Of a stretch of DNA of 56,092 nt, positions 1 through 8,789 are shown piece by piece (position 1 is the stretch's first letter; the number at the start of each line of letters is the position of its first letter). Source of the DNA: a virus (lineage: Duplodnaviria > Caudoviricetes); IMG/VR virus record IMGVR_UViG_3300036851_000592, positions 1 through 56,092 of that record. One strand, 5' to 3'. Under the pieces are notes generated by a model. The model did no database searches and was not told the origin of the DNA. It saw only the letters and a program-made list of their open reading frames with translations. A program made the translations under genes and the position numbers.

Positions 1-105
1 GTTTTGGAGCAAACACCAGTACCGCGTGGTTGATAGCCCTTGGGGAACAAGTCCCAACGGAGACCTTCGCTTAGCCGCCTCCGAACTCACCCGCCTGCGC
101 CAGCG
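1..105 (+). repeat. Terminal overlap identical to 55988-56092 (circular assembly); also present internally at 53856-53960
   Basis: Direct comparison of GTTTTGGAGC...CTGCGCCAGCG at all three places. Confidence 0.95.
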
Positions 106-298
106 CGTCGAGGAGCTGGAGGGGGCGTTGAAGCCGATGGCTGACAGCGCAGAACGATATGATGAAGTCCCCGGCGTAATCGCTTATGCCGACAATGTTG
201 AGTTGTGGCAGATCGGCAATTACAGGGTAGATTTAATCACAGTTGGCGACCTTCGCCGCGCCCGCGCCGCTCTCGCCAAAGCGCCCGGAGGGGAGTGA
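1..298 (+). CDS. 3' part of a hypothetical protein starting at ATG 55953 and wrapping the junction (MTDTDKLIERLEFW...KAPGGE)
   Basis: Frame is continuous across the 105-bp overlap; paralog at 53821-54024. Confidence 0.75.
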   Translation, partial: FWSKHQYRVVDSPWGTSPNGDLRLAASELTRLRQRVEELEGALKPMADSAERYDEVPGVIAYADNVELWQIGNYRVDLITVGDLRRARAALAKAPGGE

Positions 299-306
299 GA
301 TGAAGA
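263..306 (+). repeat. 44-bp direct repeat, left copy (gene end, RBS and ATG)
   Basis: CGCGCCGCTCTCGCCAAAGCGCCCGGAGGGGAGTGAGATGAAGA identical to 1214-1257. Confidence 0.95.
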
Positions 307-313
307 CCCAATA

Positions 314-1186
314 TTGTCTTTCCCGTACCCATGGTGCTCCGTGACTAGCGCCGTGGGCCGTGCATTGGGCGCGCTGCCTTATGGGCTGATGAGCCTGTCG
401 GAAATGATTAATTGTCACGTATCTTCGCTCTGCGCCCTTTGTGCGCAGCTTATGCTTGAGGAAGTAGCCCGATCGGATGACGTAACAGCCTCCAATGGAA
501 TAGACGATGCTATAGCCGATTCCTGCAAAGAGAGGATAAGAGGGTGGCTCAAGATAGCCACGCTCGCAGCCAATGATTTTGAATGGCAGGCGGTCCATGA
601 CCGCGTAGCCAGGATTAAGCGCAAGTTGGAAAAACCGATGTCTCATCGCGACCTCGGCACCGAAATGCGCATCTTGAGAGAAACAATCGACAGTGGTTTC
701 AAATGGCAGCTAATTTATCGCTATCCACAGGAGAAAAACGCTTTACTCTCTAACTGGATGAAGGATTGGGCAGAGGTCTTGGATAAATTCCCTTCCTCCA
801 AGAGCGATGTTTTCGCCGGTGTCGATCTATGGGCGCTTGGACATTCAACTGCGAGTGTATTTCACTTCATGCGCGTTCTTGAACACGGGCTGCGGGCCTT
901 AGCGAAGGATGTTGGTAAGAGCTTCGAGATCCAGAACTGGCAAAATATTATAGATCAAATCGAATCCGAGATACGCACTCTTGGAAAAGCATTGCCGGCC
1001 GGAACGGCAAAGAGTGATCGGTTGAAGTTCCTATCGGAGGCCGCGAAGGAGTTCGTCTATTTCAAGGATGGATGGCGCAACTACGTATCTCACAATCGCG
1101 CGACGTATGATGAACATTTGGCGCGAAGTGCCATGGAGCACGTTCGATCATTTATGACCGGCCTTTCGTCGCGACTGAACGAGTAG
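314..1186 (+). CDS. HEPN-like (RxxxxH) domain protein, possible RNase toxin/abortive-infection factor; start may be ATG ~389
   Basis: C-terminal WRNYVSH motif, upstream ASVFHFMRVLE helix; visibly more AT-rich than flanks. Confidence 0.6.
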   Translation: MSFPYPWCSVTSAVGRALGALPYGLMSLSEMINCHVSSLCALCAQLMLEEVARSDDVTASNGIDDAIADSCKERIRGWLKIATLAANDFEWQAVHDRVARIKRKLEKPMSHRDLGTEMRILRETIDSGFKWQLIYRYPQEKNALLSNWMKDWAEVLDKFPSSKSDVFAGVDLWALGHSTASVFHFMRVLEHGLRALAKDVGKSFEIQNWQNIIDQIESEIRTLGKALPAGTAKSDRLKFLSEAAKEFVYFKDGWRNYVSHNRATYDEHLARSAMEHVRSFMTGLSSRLNE

Positions 1187-1213
1187 TCACAACCTTTCCA
1201 AATAATTGCTCCT

Positions 1214-1257
1214 CGCGCCGCTCTCGCCAAAGCGCCCGGAGGGGAGTGAGATGAAGA
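1214..1257 (+). repeat. 44-bp direct repeat, right copy
   Basis: Identical to 263-306. Confidence 0.95.
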
Positions 1258-1493
1258 TGGAGCGCCCGTTTGTTGACGATGACTACGATTCCCCGAGCGG
1301 CAAGCTCCATACCTGTTCTTGCTGCGGGAAACAGGGCATCTGGGAACCGCCGTGGCAATGGTATGGCTCTTATCGTGATCTAGATGAGCATGACAGTAGG
1401 GAAGCGCCAATCTACAAGGCCTGTTCACAATCCTGCATGGACCGGCGCGAAGAGGTAGAAGCTAAGAAACGAACGAATCGCTGCCGATATTGA
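1251..1493 (+). CDS. Small Cys-rich hypothetical protein
   Basis: GGAG RBS, ATG 1251; CSCC...CSQSC motifs. Confidence 0.6.
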   Translation: MKMERPFVDDDYDSPSGKLHTCSCCGKQGIWEPPWQWYGSYRDLDEHDSREAPIYKACSQSCMDRREEVEAKKRTNRCRY

Positions 1494-1582
1494 AGCTGCT
1501 ATGTCGGAAGAAGGGCGCCTTGAGCGGCAACTTATGCAGAAACGGGCTTGGCGGGAGCAATTGGAACAACAACTTAAAACAC

Positions 1583-1614
1583 AAAACCCCGCCCCGGCCG
1601 AAGCCGAGACGGGG
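1583..1614 (-). terminator. Intrinsic terminator ending the late (minus-strand) operon
   Basis: Minus strand CCCCGTCTCGGC-TTCG-GCCGGGGCGGGG followed by TTTTG. Confidence 0.75.
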
Positions 1615-1630
1615 ATCAACCAAAAAATGG

Positions 1631-1942
1631 CTATTCACCAGGCCCGCAAAGTGTAGGCACGATCGTCGTGTCGATCGCGTTCACCAGCGCCTTGGCATAG
1701 CCGGCTTCAGTCGGCCGCAGGAGCCCGAGGAATCGGACGGCTAGGAGAATGAAACCACGCGCCTTCGGCCATGCCGCGCAGAATTTGTCATCAAGCGTCC
1801 CGAGATCGAGCCCGCCTGCGAGACTGGCGATCCCGAATTTTACTTCTGCATCAGCCGCCTTTGTCGCCATGCTCTCGACCTGAGCAGGCACGGCCTTCTG
1901 GAACGCCTCGGCGAATTTGACTGCGTCGATCGTCTTAGCCAT
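1631..1942 (-). CDS. Hypothetical protein
   Basis: 103-aa ORF with AGGAG RBS, last gene before the terminator. Confidence 0.7.
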   Translation of the reverse strand: MAKTIDAVKFAEAFQKAVPAQVESMATKAADAEVKFGIASLAGGLDLGTLDDKFCAAWPKARGFILLAVRFLGLLRPTEAGYAKALVNAIDTTIVPTLCGPGE

Positions 1943-2307
1943 TTGGAAAAACTCCTTTGATGATCAGCCGCACAGGCGGCTCATGCATCACGGGTCTTAC
2001 CACGTTCGATGTAGACGTGCCATCCGCAGTCGAGCTTTACTGGGCAAGATGGATCGAATGCACGCCAACCACGTTCCGGCCAACCATCAGCGAGCGCAGG
2101 CTTGATGAACTGATCGAGTTGCCCGTTGAGAACCGCAGCCGCATCAGCACATTCGATGCCGGTTCGAAGGTCGTGGACCCGCTCGAATGGATGGAGCGTA
2201 TATGATCGAATCTGATCCATCGGAACTATCCTGAAGAAAAGAGGAGCGCCTTTCGACGCTCCCAAGGAGTATGGCTACTAGACCCGATCGGTCATAGCGG
2301 ATCGCGA

Positions 2308-2526
2308 TCACTTACTCAACTTGCCCATGCCGTAAGCGACTACGATCAGCATCGTGTCGCTTAAGATTTTGTCGAGGCCCAGATTCTGGCATTCGCCGAG
2401 AGGAATGCCGAGCCAAACTATCCGATAGATGCAAACGTTGACGATCTCGACGACAATGAGCACTTCCACGATTACGATGAACGCCAGCAGAAAGAAGCAG
2501 AGTTCGACGATGTCGAACTTAGGCAC
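2308..2526 (-). CDS. Small membrane protein, possible holin
   Basis: Long hydrophobic N-terminal helix; overlaps the endolysin stop. Confidence 0.5.
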   Translation of the reverse strand: MPKFDIVELCFFLLAFIVIVEVLIVVEIVNVCIYRIVWLGIPLGECQNLGLDKILSDTMLIVVAYGMGKLSK

Positions 2527-3058
2527 CGGTCGGAAACGCCTTGCGATCCGAGATAACGGTCAGCTTGAGGCCCGGCTCGCCAGGCGCCGCCGGCAAACCG
2601 GTCTCGCGCGCCCACGCCCTCGCCGAGAAGCACGGGCAAGCCTTGATCCACTCGTGCGGCTCGACGACGCCGTCGTGATCAAGATCAGGCGACAGATCCC
2701 TGTGACCGAGCACGAGCGCCTTGGGATATTTCGTCACCATCCTCCGGACGATCTTCGCGAGCGCCGCCCGCTGCTCGGGCGTTCGCGTGTCTTTGGGCGT
2801 CTTGCCGTCCCGTTCGACACCGCCGACATAGGCGATCCCGAGTGTTGAATTGTTATAGCCGACAACGTGAGCGCCGATCGTATTGTCGGGTCCGCGGCCG
2901 GTCCAGATTTCGCCCTTGAGCCCGATCAGATAGTGGTAGCCGATGGTGCGGAATCCGCCTGCGAGGTGCATGGCGGTGATCGAGGCAACATCATGGTATC
3001 GACCCTCGGGCGTCGCCGTGCAGTGGACTACAATGAATTCCGTCTTGAGCCGCGCCAT
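2519..3058 (-). CDS. Endolysin, N-acetylmuramoyl-L-alanine amidase (T7 lysozyme-like)
   Basis: IVVHCTAT, IGYHYLI, GAHVVGYN, GHRD...KACPCF zinc-amidase motifs. Confidence 0.92.
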   Translation of the reverse strand: MARLKTEFIVVHCTATPEGRYHDVASITAMHLAGGFRTIGYHYLIGLKGEIWTGRGPDNTIGAHVVGYNNSTLGIAYVGGVERDGKTPKDTRTPEQRAALAKIVRRMVTKYPKALVLGHRDLSPDLDHDGVVEPHEWIKACPCFSARAWARETGLPAAPGEPGLKLTVISDRKAFPTGA

Positions 3059-3318
3059 CAGACGTCTTTCGTCATGGGCACGAGCGCGTCAATGATGTCG
3101 TCCCTGTTCGCCTCGAAGTCAGCGAGAAATGCCGCGAGCTTGGCTGGGTCCGAGACCATTGCGCGATTCTTCGAGACGAGCGCGTCTATTACCAGCGATA
3201 TTCGCGAGCGCGATGAACTCGCGCGCTTTACGTTGGTAAGAAGCTCCTTGAAAAACTTGTCCATCGATTCCTCCATGGTTGATCCGCGCACGCTACGACG
3301 GCGCGGCCGCCGGGACAA
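3058..3318 (-). CDS. Hypothetical protein (start uncertain)
   Basis: Translationally coupled to the amidase. Confidence 0.5.
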   Translation of the reverse strand: MSRRPRRRSVRGSTMEESMDKFFKELLTNVKRASSSRSRISLVIDALVSKNRAMVSDPAKLAAFLADFEANRDDIIDALVPMTKDV

Positions 3319-3829
3319 GCCAATACCCGATCACGGGATTGAGTCTGGCGGCCGTCAGATAGATGGCGACGAAAACACCGAGCACGATGGCGAGGGCTCC
3401 CACATTGTGGTAGACGGCGCCGGGCTCGGTCGGCTTCTGGCCAGTCATCCGCATGATCAGTGCGCGAACTTGACGAAAGACGCGGTGATAGAGCGGCCAG
3501 AATATGATCACGAAACCTGTGCACGTCACGAACGCGCGGCCGAAGTCGACCCAGGACGCGAAGACGTTATAGGCTTTCGCCTCCTCGAAGGCCTCGACCG
3601 ACAATAGCGGCCAGATCGGAAGGAACACGCCGATATTGATCGTCTGCGCGAACACCTCGATAAAACCGCCGGTAAGGAGTCTGAGATCGCGCTCCCATGG
3701 AACGCGCGCCCAGCCGATATCGCGGCTGCGCTTTTCTCTGAGGATGAGAATGGCCATGGCAACCACGCCGGCGGCCGTAGTCAGAAACGCCAGCAACTGA
3801 GCGCCAGCGTTGTGATCATGAACATTCAT
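3293..3829 (-). CDS. Multi-pass membrane protein in the lysis region
   Basis: About 4 hydrophobic segments; ATG 3829 overlaps the upstream stop. Confidence 0.6.
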   Translation of the reverse strand: MNVHDHNAGAQLLAFLTTAAGVVAMAILILREKRSRDIGWARVPWERDLRLLTGGFIEVFAQTINIGVFLPIWPLLSVEAFEEAKAYNVFASWVDFGRAFVTCTGFVIIFWPLYHRVFRQVRALIMRMTGQKPTEPGAVYHNVGALAIVLGVFVAIYLTAARLNPVIGYWLVPAAAPS

Positions 3830-4029
3830 TCGCCGTCCCGCATCATTCCGTTGATTTCGTAGAGCGCTCGTTGAAGGCTCGACCTGGTCCGGATGGTCGC
3901 ATCGGTCTTTGCCTTGCGCTGGCTTTCGATCGCTTGGTCCAGAGCCGACAGCGCCTCGTTCGCGGCCGCGTCTCCCGCCGGCGGCCGCTCTGGATGCGAT
4001 ATCGCTCGAAACCGGTGGAGGAGCTTCAT
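3826..4029 (-). CDS. Hypothetical protein
   Basis: Coupled ORF in the operon. Confidence 0.55.
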   Translation of the reverse strand: MKLLHRFRAISHPERPPAGDAAANEALSALDQAIESQRKAKTDATIRTRSSLQRALYEINGMMRDGE

Positions 4030-4412
4030 CAGCCCTCACGCTTTTTCAGATGCTTCTCTACTCGATGGCCTTGGCTCAACAAGGCACGGAGCGCATCATA
4101 CTCGCGCCGCGCCTCGCGGTTGCCGGTATTTACAGCAGTCGACATCGCCATGCCAGCCTTGTTCGACTCGTGCGCGAGGATGAACACCTTCTCGGTTTGA
4201 GCATCGAGCTTGTCTCTCAGGCGCAATATGTCAGCCCTCAGATACTCGATCTCGGCGGCCGCCTTCGCATCTTGCACAACGCCCTTGCGCCAGAGCGCGA
4301 AGCTCGTGACCGCAAGGAGTGACGCGAGCACGATTGCGAGCGCGCTCGCGCCTTCGGCGAATTTGAGGAGAAGAGGCTCGAGAAATTTGAGGAGCGCGTC
4401 AAGGTCAGGCAT
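4029..4412 (-). CDS. Membrane-anchored coiled-coil protein (holin/lysis accessory-like)
   Basis: N-terminal TM helix then heptad-rich segment. Confidence 0.55.
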   Translation of the reverse strand: MPDLDALLKFLEPLLLKFAEGASALAIVLASLLAVTSFALWRKGVVQDAKAAAEIEYLRADILRLRDKLDAQTEKVFILAHESNKAGMAMSTAVNTGNREARREYDALRALLSQGHRVEKHLKKREG

Positions 4413-5065
4413 TACCGGAACGCGATCGCTACCAATCTGAGCTGCGTGCCGGCCGAGAAATTCGCATCTATCGGATGATCAACAATGCCGAGACCACTAT
4501 GGATGTAATGAGCGCCGCTGGCGCGCGACGTCTGGACGATTGTATTGTGATCCTGCATCGCGCCGGTCCAATTCGGCTCTCCCGCGCTTGAGCTATCAAA
4601 AGCCTGTGCGACGGCAATCCCCGCCGGGAAAAGATCAATCAATCCGGAATCGGTCAGGACAGCGATAGTATCGCCGCCAACGCCGGGAGTGATCAAATTA
4701 TAGAGTGACCAGCTCGTGACGGTGCACCGTGTGACGACTCCTCCACCAATCGTCACGACAATATCGGCTGTTTCTCCAGCGGCCACGGCGCGGCCAAAAA
4801 TAGCCGAAGGCGTAGTCGTTGAGCCATTGCTGACTAGCAATGTAGCTGCGACTCCGCCAATCGATACGCCGCTGATAGACCTTGAAGCGGCGCTGTTCGT
4901 CGACACGCCGATCACGACATAGCGCGTCGCATCGGCCGGGCCGATCGGCATGGCGGGAAACGTATAAGACGCGAGATCGCTGATATCCACCGCGACGCCG
5001 TTATAATTCAGCGTCGGAACGTCGGTGCGACGCGAACCATCGGCGCCGCTGAGGGCGAGTGACAT
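4412..5065 (-). CDS. Putative tail-associated beta-rich protein
   Basis: G/S/T/V-rich composition; end of tail module. Confidence 0.55.
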   Translation of the reverse strand: MSLALSGADGSRRTDVPTLNYNGVAVDISDLASYTFPAMPIGPADATRYVVIGVSTNSAASRSISGVSIGGVAATLLVSNGSTTTPSAIFGRAVAAGETADIVVTIGGGVVTRCTVTSWSLYNLITPGVGGDTIAVLTDSGLIDLFPAGIAVAQAFDSSSAGEPNWTGAMQDHNTIVQTSRASGAHYIHSGLGIVDHPIDANFSAGTQLRLVAIAFR

Positions 5066-5069
5066 TGGC

Positions 5070-5417
5070 CTAATCGATCAATTGATAGGTGATCTCGCCT
5101 CCGATCGGAACCGCGCCCGATAGATTGAGGTCGAGCTTCTCGCCCGCGACCGTCTCGCACCATCCGGCTGGATTGTGCGGCGCGACGATGCCGCCGCCGG
5201 CCGCGACGAAATATTTCAGGCCGGTAATGTCCGTGGCATTTGATTGCCACTTGGCGTTGACGGCGGCTGACGCCATCAAAACATATGAGAGCAAGCGGAT
5301 TTTCTTACCCGCGACAGCGGCGACAATCTCATTGTCTCCGGAACCTGTCACTTGGACTGAGGCATGAAGCGCGCCAGCGCCCAGGAACTGCTCCATCGAG
5401 TCGACTAGAATGCTCAT
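5070..5417 (-). CDS. Hypothetical, probably structural protein
   Basis: 115-aa coupled ORF. Confidence 0.6.
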   Translation of the reverse strand: MSILVDSMEQFLGAGALHASVQVTGSGDNEIVAAVAGKKIRLLSYVLMASAAVNAKWQSNATDITGLKYFVAAGGGIVAPHNPAGWCETVAGEKLDLNLSGAVPIGGEITYQLID

Positions 5418-5692
5418 TTTGGATCGCTCTCCCTCTTGAGGCCATATTTGGCCGTGCGGCGGTCGTTTTCGTATTGGTCGATAGTCTCGTCGGTCAGTGC
5501 CGGTGGCTCGAACGCCGAGCCGTCAGCGGTGATTGTGACGGCGGGATTGCCGGCATGCTTGCGAAGCTCGTGGATGGAAAACTCCGAGAGGGGCGCTTCG
5601 AACGGCAGCGTCCTGCCGGCCGATTTCTTGACGGTCCCGGCCACACGGATGCGCCAGGAGAAGAATTTCGGGTCTTTCCAGGCTTCAGTCAT
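5414..5692 (-). CDS. Hypothetical protein
   Basis: ATG 5692 coupled to the upstream stop. Confidence 0.5.
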   Translation of the reverse strand: MTEAWKDPKFFSWRIRVAGTVKKSAGRTLPFEAPLSEFSIHELRKHAGNPAVTITADGSAFEPPALTDETIDQYENDRRTAKYGLKRESDPK

Positions 5693-6480
5693 CAGGTGAT
5701 CCCCAACGTCGGATATTTGGTTTCGACCATGTCGAGCAGCTTGTTCTGATAGCTCGTATCGCTCGGCACATGCGCTTTCGAAACGATGAACTCGCCACAT
5801 CGGCCGCTTCGCATGCCTGCCGATGTAACATTGAGACCGGTTACGAGATCAAATATCGTGAATAGACAAATTCGCCTCGAATCCAGAACCAGATCGGGAA
5901 TCGTGCTCGAAACGACTTGAACGCCATTTTTCAGCAATGAGACGGACCCGTCAGAACGCCGATAAGACCATTGCGCGAGATACCAAGCGCCGGTGTTGAA
6001 CGTCGAGTTGGAGAGGATTTCGGCCGTGCTATAATTCAGCGCGGCGATATTCGAATTACGCCAAAGCCCGCGCAACTGATGGACATTGCTTGTGCCTGGA
6101 ACGCACCAGGCGGTTCCCCCGGAATTTGACCCGCCCGAGCCGACCATGCTGATCGTCCAATCGGTTTCGTCAGGCATTACATCTTCGATTGTCACTTCGC
6201 TGATCAGCGATTGGACCGGATCAGAGAGATCGAGACCGAGATATGCGTTGTCATCTTGGCCGCCCGATGAAAAATAGAACGGCACCTCGACCTGCGTCGG
6301 ATCAAAGTGAACATCCATCGTCCGGTCAAGCCAGCGCTGCGGCGTCTCGATCAGCATTTGACCGTGCTTGGCGCTGAGCCACATCACGGTCTTGGCGTCT
6401 TGATGAAGCGCGATCTCGGTCTCATGAACCGCGGGCGTTCCGCCGAGCGGGACTTCGGTAACGATTGCTGCGCTGGGCAT
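5692..6480 (-). CDS. Tail fibre accessory protein with LamG/concanavalin-like domain
   Basis: GAWYLAQWSY...VSLLKNGVQV pattern typical of LamG folds. Confidence 0.55.
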   Translation of the reverse strand: MPSAAIVTEVPLGGTPAVHETEIALHQDAKTVMWLSAKHGQMLIETPQRWLDRTMDVHFDPTQVEVPFYFSSGGQDDNAYLGLDLSDPVQSLISEVTIEDVMPDETDWTISMVGSGGSNSGGTAWCVPGTSNVHQLRGLWRNSNIAALNYSTAEILSNSTFNTGAWYLAQWSYRRSDGSVSLLKNGVQVVSSTIPDLVLDSRRICLFTIFDLVTGLNVTSAGMRSGRCGEFIVSKAHVPSDTSYQNKLLDMVETKYPTLGIT

Positions 6481-6494
6481 TCAGTATCTCCTCG

Positions 6495-8789
6495 TCAGGT
6501 TTGGACTTCGAATTCGAACGGCTCCATCCATCTATACTTGATTTCCTCGGCATCCGGCATCGGATCATCGGCCGCGTCCATTCGAACGAGACCGCGCGCG
6601 CTGTTCGAGCGATCACCGCCGTTGTTTGATCCGGTCGGCTGAGATGCATAGGAAATGACGGAACCGGCGCCAGCCGCGCGAGAAAGGTCGACGTCGATGA
6701 TCTTCATGCCTTCATCGGTAGTCGATCCGATCGAGGCGGCCACGCATCCAAATGTTCCGGCGACGTCGCGAACGCGGAAGCCCGCATATTTGCCGGCGGC
6801 TTCGCTGCCAGTGGCCGGTGTCAGGAGCCAATCAGGATCGGCATTGTTCGCGCCGACTCCGATGAAAGTCCCGCTCGTATCGATCACCAGCGATGCCGCC
6901 AGCGGAACTCTTATCTCGCAGCGGATCGTATTGGCGTCGAGCATGAAAGCCCGCACGCACCTGAACGGTTGTGGGCCCGTGCCAAATCCGGCATCCCAGC
7001 CGGTGAAGCCGAAATTGTCGCCGAGCTGACGATAGCCATTAACGTTGGGATGCGAGTCCGTCCCGTGCTTGACCGGGAATACCGGATGCGACATGACGAA
7101 ACGCGTCGGGTCTCTCTCGCAAAGCTCGATCATCGCACGCGTCGAGCCGGCGAGCCGCGGCGATCCCGTATCCTGCCCGCGCATGGGGGCCTGAAACATG
7201 AAAATCACGCGGTCGGACTGTCCTGTCGCCTTCGCGATCTCGTCCTCGAAATTATCGCAAAGCTGCTGGTAGCCGATTTTCATCTGGAACCACGAGCTTG
7301 AATAATCGGATTCGCCATGGGCGATGAGCATGAATTTGTGACTGTATTGGCCGCCGGCCAATCGCGCGGCCGCGTTGGCCGCGGCGACTTTTTTGACAAT
7401 CGAATCGTAAGGGCCCTGGCCGCGTTTGAGCAAGAAGAGATTGCGGCCGCCGAGCGCATTGCCGAAACAGACGAGCTTGCGCTTCTCGCCGAACTGGTCC
7501 TGCATGCGCTCAAGCAGGCGCCGCGCGAACTCATAAATCGGCGATTCGCCCTGCGCGCGGGTATCGGTGGTAATAAGATCGTCGATCGCATGCAGATCGG
7601 TGAAGGTATTGAAGACCGCGCTGGCGTTAATACATCCGGTTGAAGGCATGAGAGCCCAGCCCGGATCGACCGCGGCGAGATTATATGGAGGCCTCAAACC
7701 GCCCGTGATGACGTCACCCTCGGCCGCGCCGAGTCCCAGAGATTGTCCCCAAATCGAAGCGCCAAGGTAGACATTCGTTGGCGGCAGCGAGCGCGATTGA
7801 TCGGTATTGTAATTCGAGCCTTCGTAAGTCGTAATGGTCCAATCAAGCACCGCCTGGCCGCTGTTGGCCTGCGTGAGATCGACGCGGCCTTGGACCAAGT
7901 CAAACCCCGAGAGCGTGCATAGATCGCTCGAAAGCTCGATCTCCTTGTAGAGTTCTATCAGAGGAAAATTGTCGCGCGACAGCGCTTCAAGCGCCGTGAT
8001 CCTAGGCCCCAGATCTTCCTGTATCGCGGTATCGGATGGACCATTAATAGCATCCACGCCCTGGATGATGTTGTAATCCGACGAGAGAACGATTTCCTTG
8101 TAGAGCAGGATCAGCGGGAAATTCTGCCGCGTAATCTTCTCGACATCCTCGATGCGTGCGTCGAACGCGGCCACGGTATCGGACACCGCGGTCAGTTGCG
8201 CGTTGATCGTGAGCCCGTCCGGCAATGTCGACTCAATGAAGCCAGACGTGGCGAGGCCTTCGCCGAGCCACGAGCCCGAGACGTTCGTCATGTAGTCGGC
8301 GAGGATGTTGCCAAGCTGATTAAGCTGGACGAGGCCCGTGCCGTCTTCGGCCGCGTTGAAATTAGTCGTCGTGATATTCTGGCCGTCCCAATGCCCGGAA
8401 ATCTTGAACAGCGCGTTGGAGAGCGCCGTCTGGATTTCGGCGATGTCGGCATCGAGGACTTGCGTATTGATCGGGACGGCTTCCCAACTGCCGCCGCCAG
8501 TCGCCGCGATCCACACGAATGTCCCGTTGAAGGCGTCGATCGGATCGCCCCAGACGATGGCAACCTGGCCATGCTCGGACGTCGTGTTCGCCTGCATCGT
8601 CGCGTTGAGTTCGTAGGGAATGGCGCCGGCGAAGACCGGCGAGTTGGCAATCGCCGAGACGAAGTAATCGATCAGCCGGAATAGCGCCTTGATCTCGTCT
8701 TTGACCGGCTCGTGCGGTCCAGTGCTCGGGACATTGACCGTTCGAAAGTTCCGAAACGTGTCTTGAGCAAGTTCTATGATTTGGCTCAT
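6495..8789 (-). CDS. Tail spike/receptor-binding protein with SGNH (sialate O-acetylesterase-like) domain
   Basis: GQS, HGESD and DSHP catalytic blocks; follows the tail tip gene. Confidence 0.75.
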   Translation of the reverse strand: MSQIIELAQDTFRNFRTVNVPSTGPHEPVKDEIKALFRLIDYFVSAIANSPVFAGAIPYELNATMQANTTSEHGQVAIVWGDPIDAFNGTFVWIAATGGGSWEAVPINTQVLDADIAEIQTALSNALFKISGHWDGQNITTTNFNAAEDGTGLVQLNQLGNILADYMTNVSGSWLGEGLATSGFIESTLPDGLTINAQLTAVSDTVAAFDARIEDVEKITRQNFPLILLYKEIVLSSDYNIIQGVDAINGPSDTAIQEDLGPRITALEALSRDNFPLIELYKEIELSSDLCTLSGFDLVQGRVDLTQANSGQAVLDWTITTYEGSNYNTDQSRSLPPTNVYLGASIWGQSLGLGAAEGDVITGGLRPPYNLAAVDPGWALMPSTGCINASAVFNTFTDLHAIDDLITTDTRAQGESPIYEFARRLLERMQDQFGEKRKLVCFGNALGGRNLFLLKRGQGPYDSIVKKVAAANAAARLAGGQYSHKFMLIAHGESDYSSSWFQMKIGYQQLCDNFEDEIAKATGQSDRVIFMFQAPMRGQDTGSPRLAGSTRAMIELCERDPTRFVMSHPVFPVKHGTDSHPNVNGYRQLGDNFGFTGWDAGFGTGPQPFRCVRAFMLDANTIRCEIRVPLAASLVIDTSGTFIGVGANNADPDWLLTPATGSEAAGKYAGFRVRDVAGTFGCVAASIGSTTDEGMKIIDVDLSRAAGAGSVISYASQPTGSNNGGDRSNSARGLVRMDAADDPMPDAEEIKYRWMEPFEFEVQT

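Noticed and set aside
1-105. Biological terminal repeat or attL/attR
   Set aside because: Lies inside a gene, the GpA-type terminase suggests cos ends, and no integrase was found; best read as assembly overlap
1943-2307. Gene or ncRNA between the holin-like ORF and 1631-1942
   Set aside because: Competing short ORFs on both strands and one hairpin near 2240-2263; no call can be supported
5124-5154. Possible target of spacer 8 (55854-55884) in gene 5070-5417
   Set aside because: Only 22/31 identity with scattered mismatches; could reflect a homolog in another phage but is not supportable
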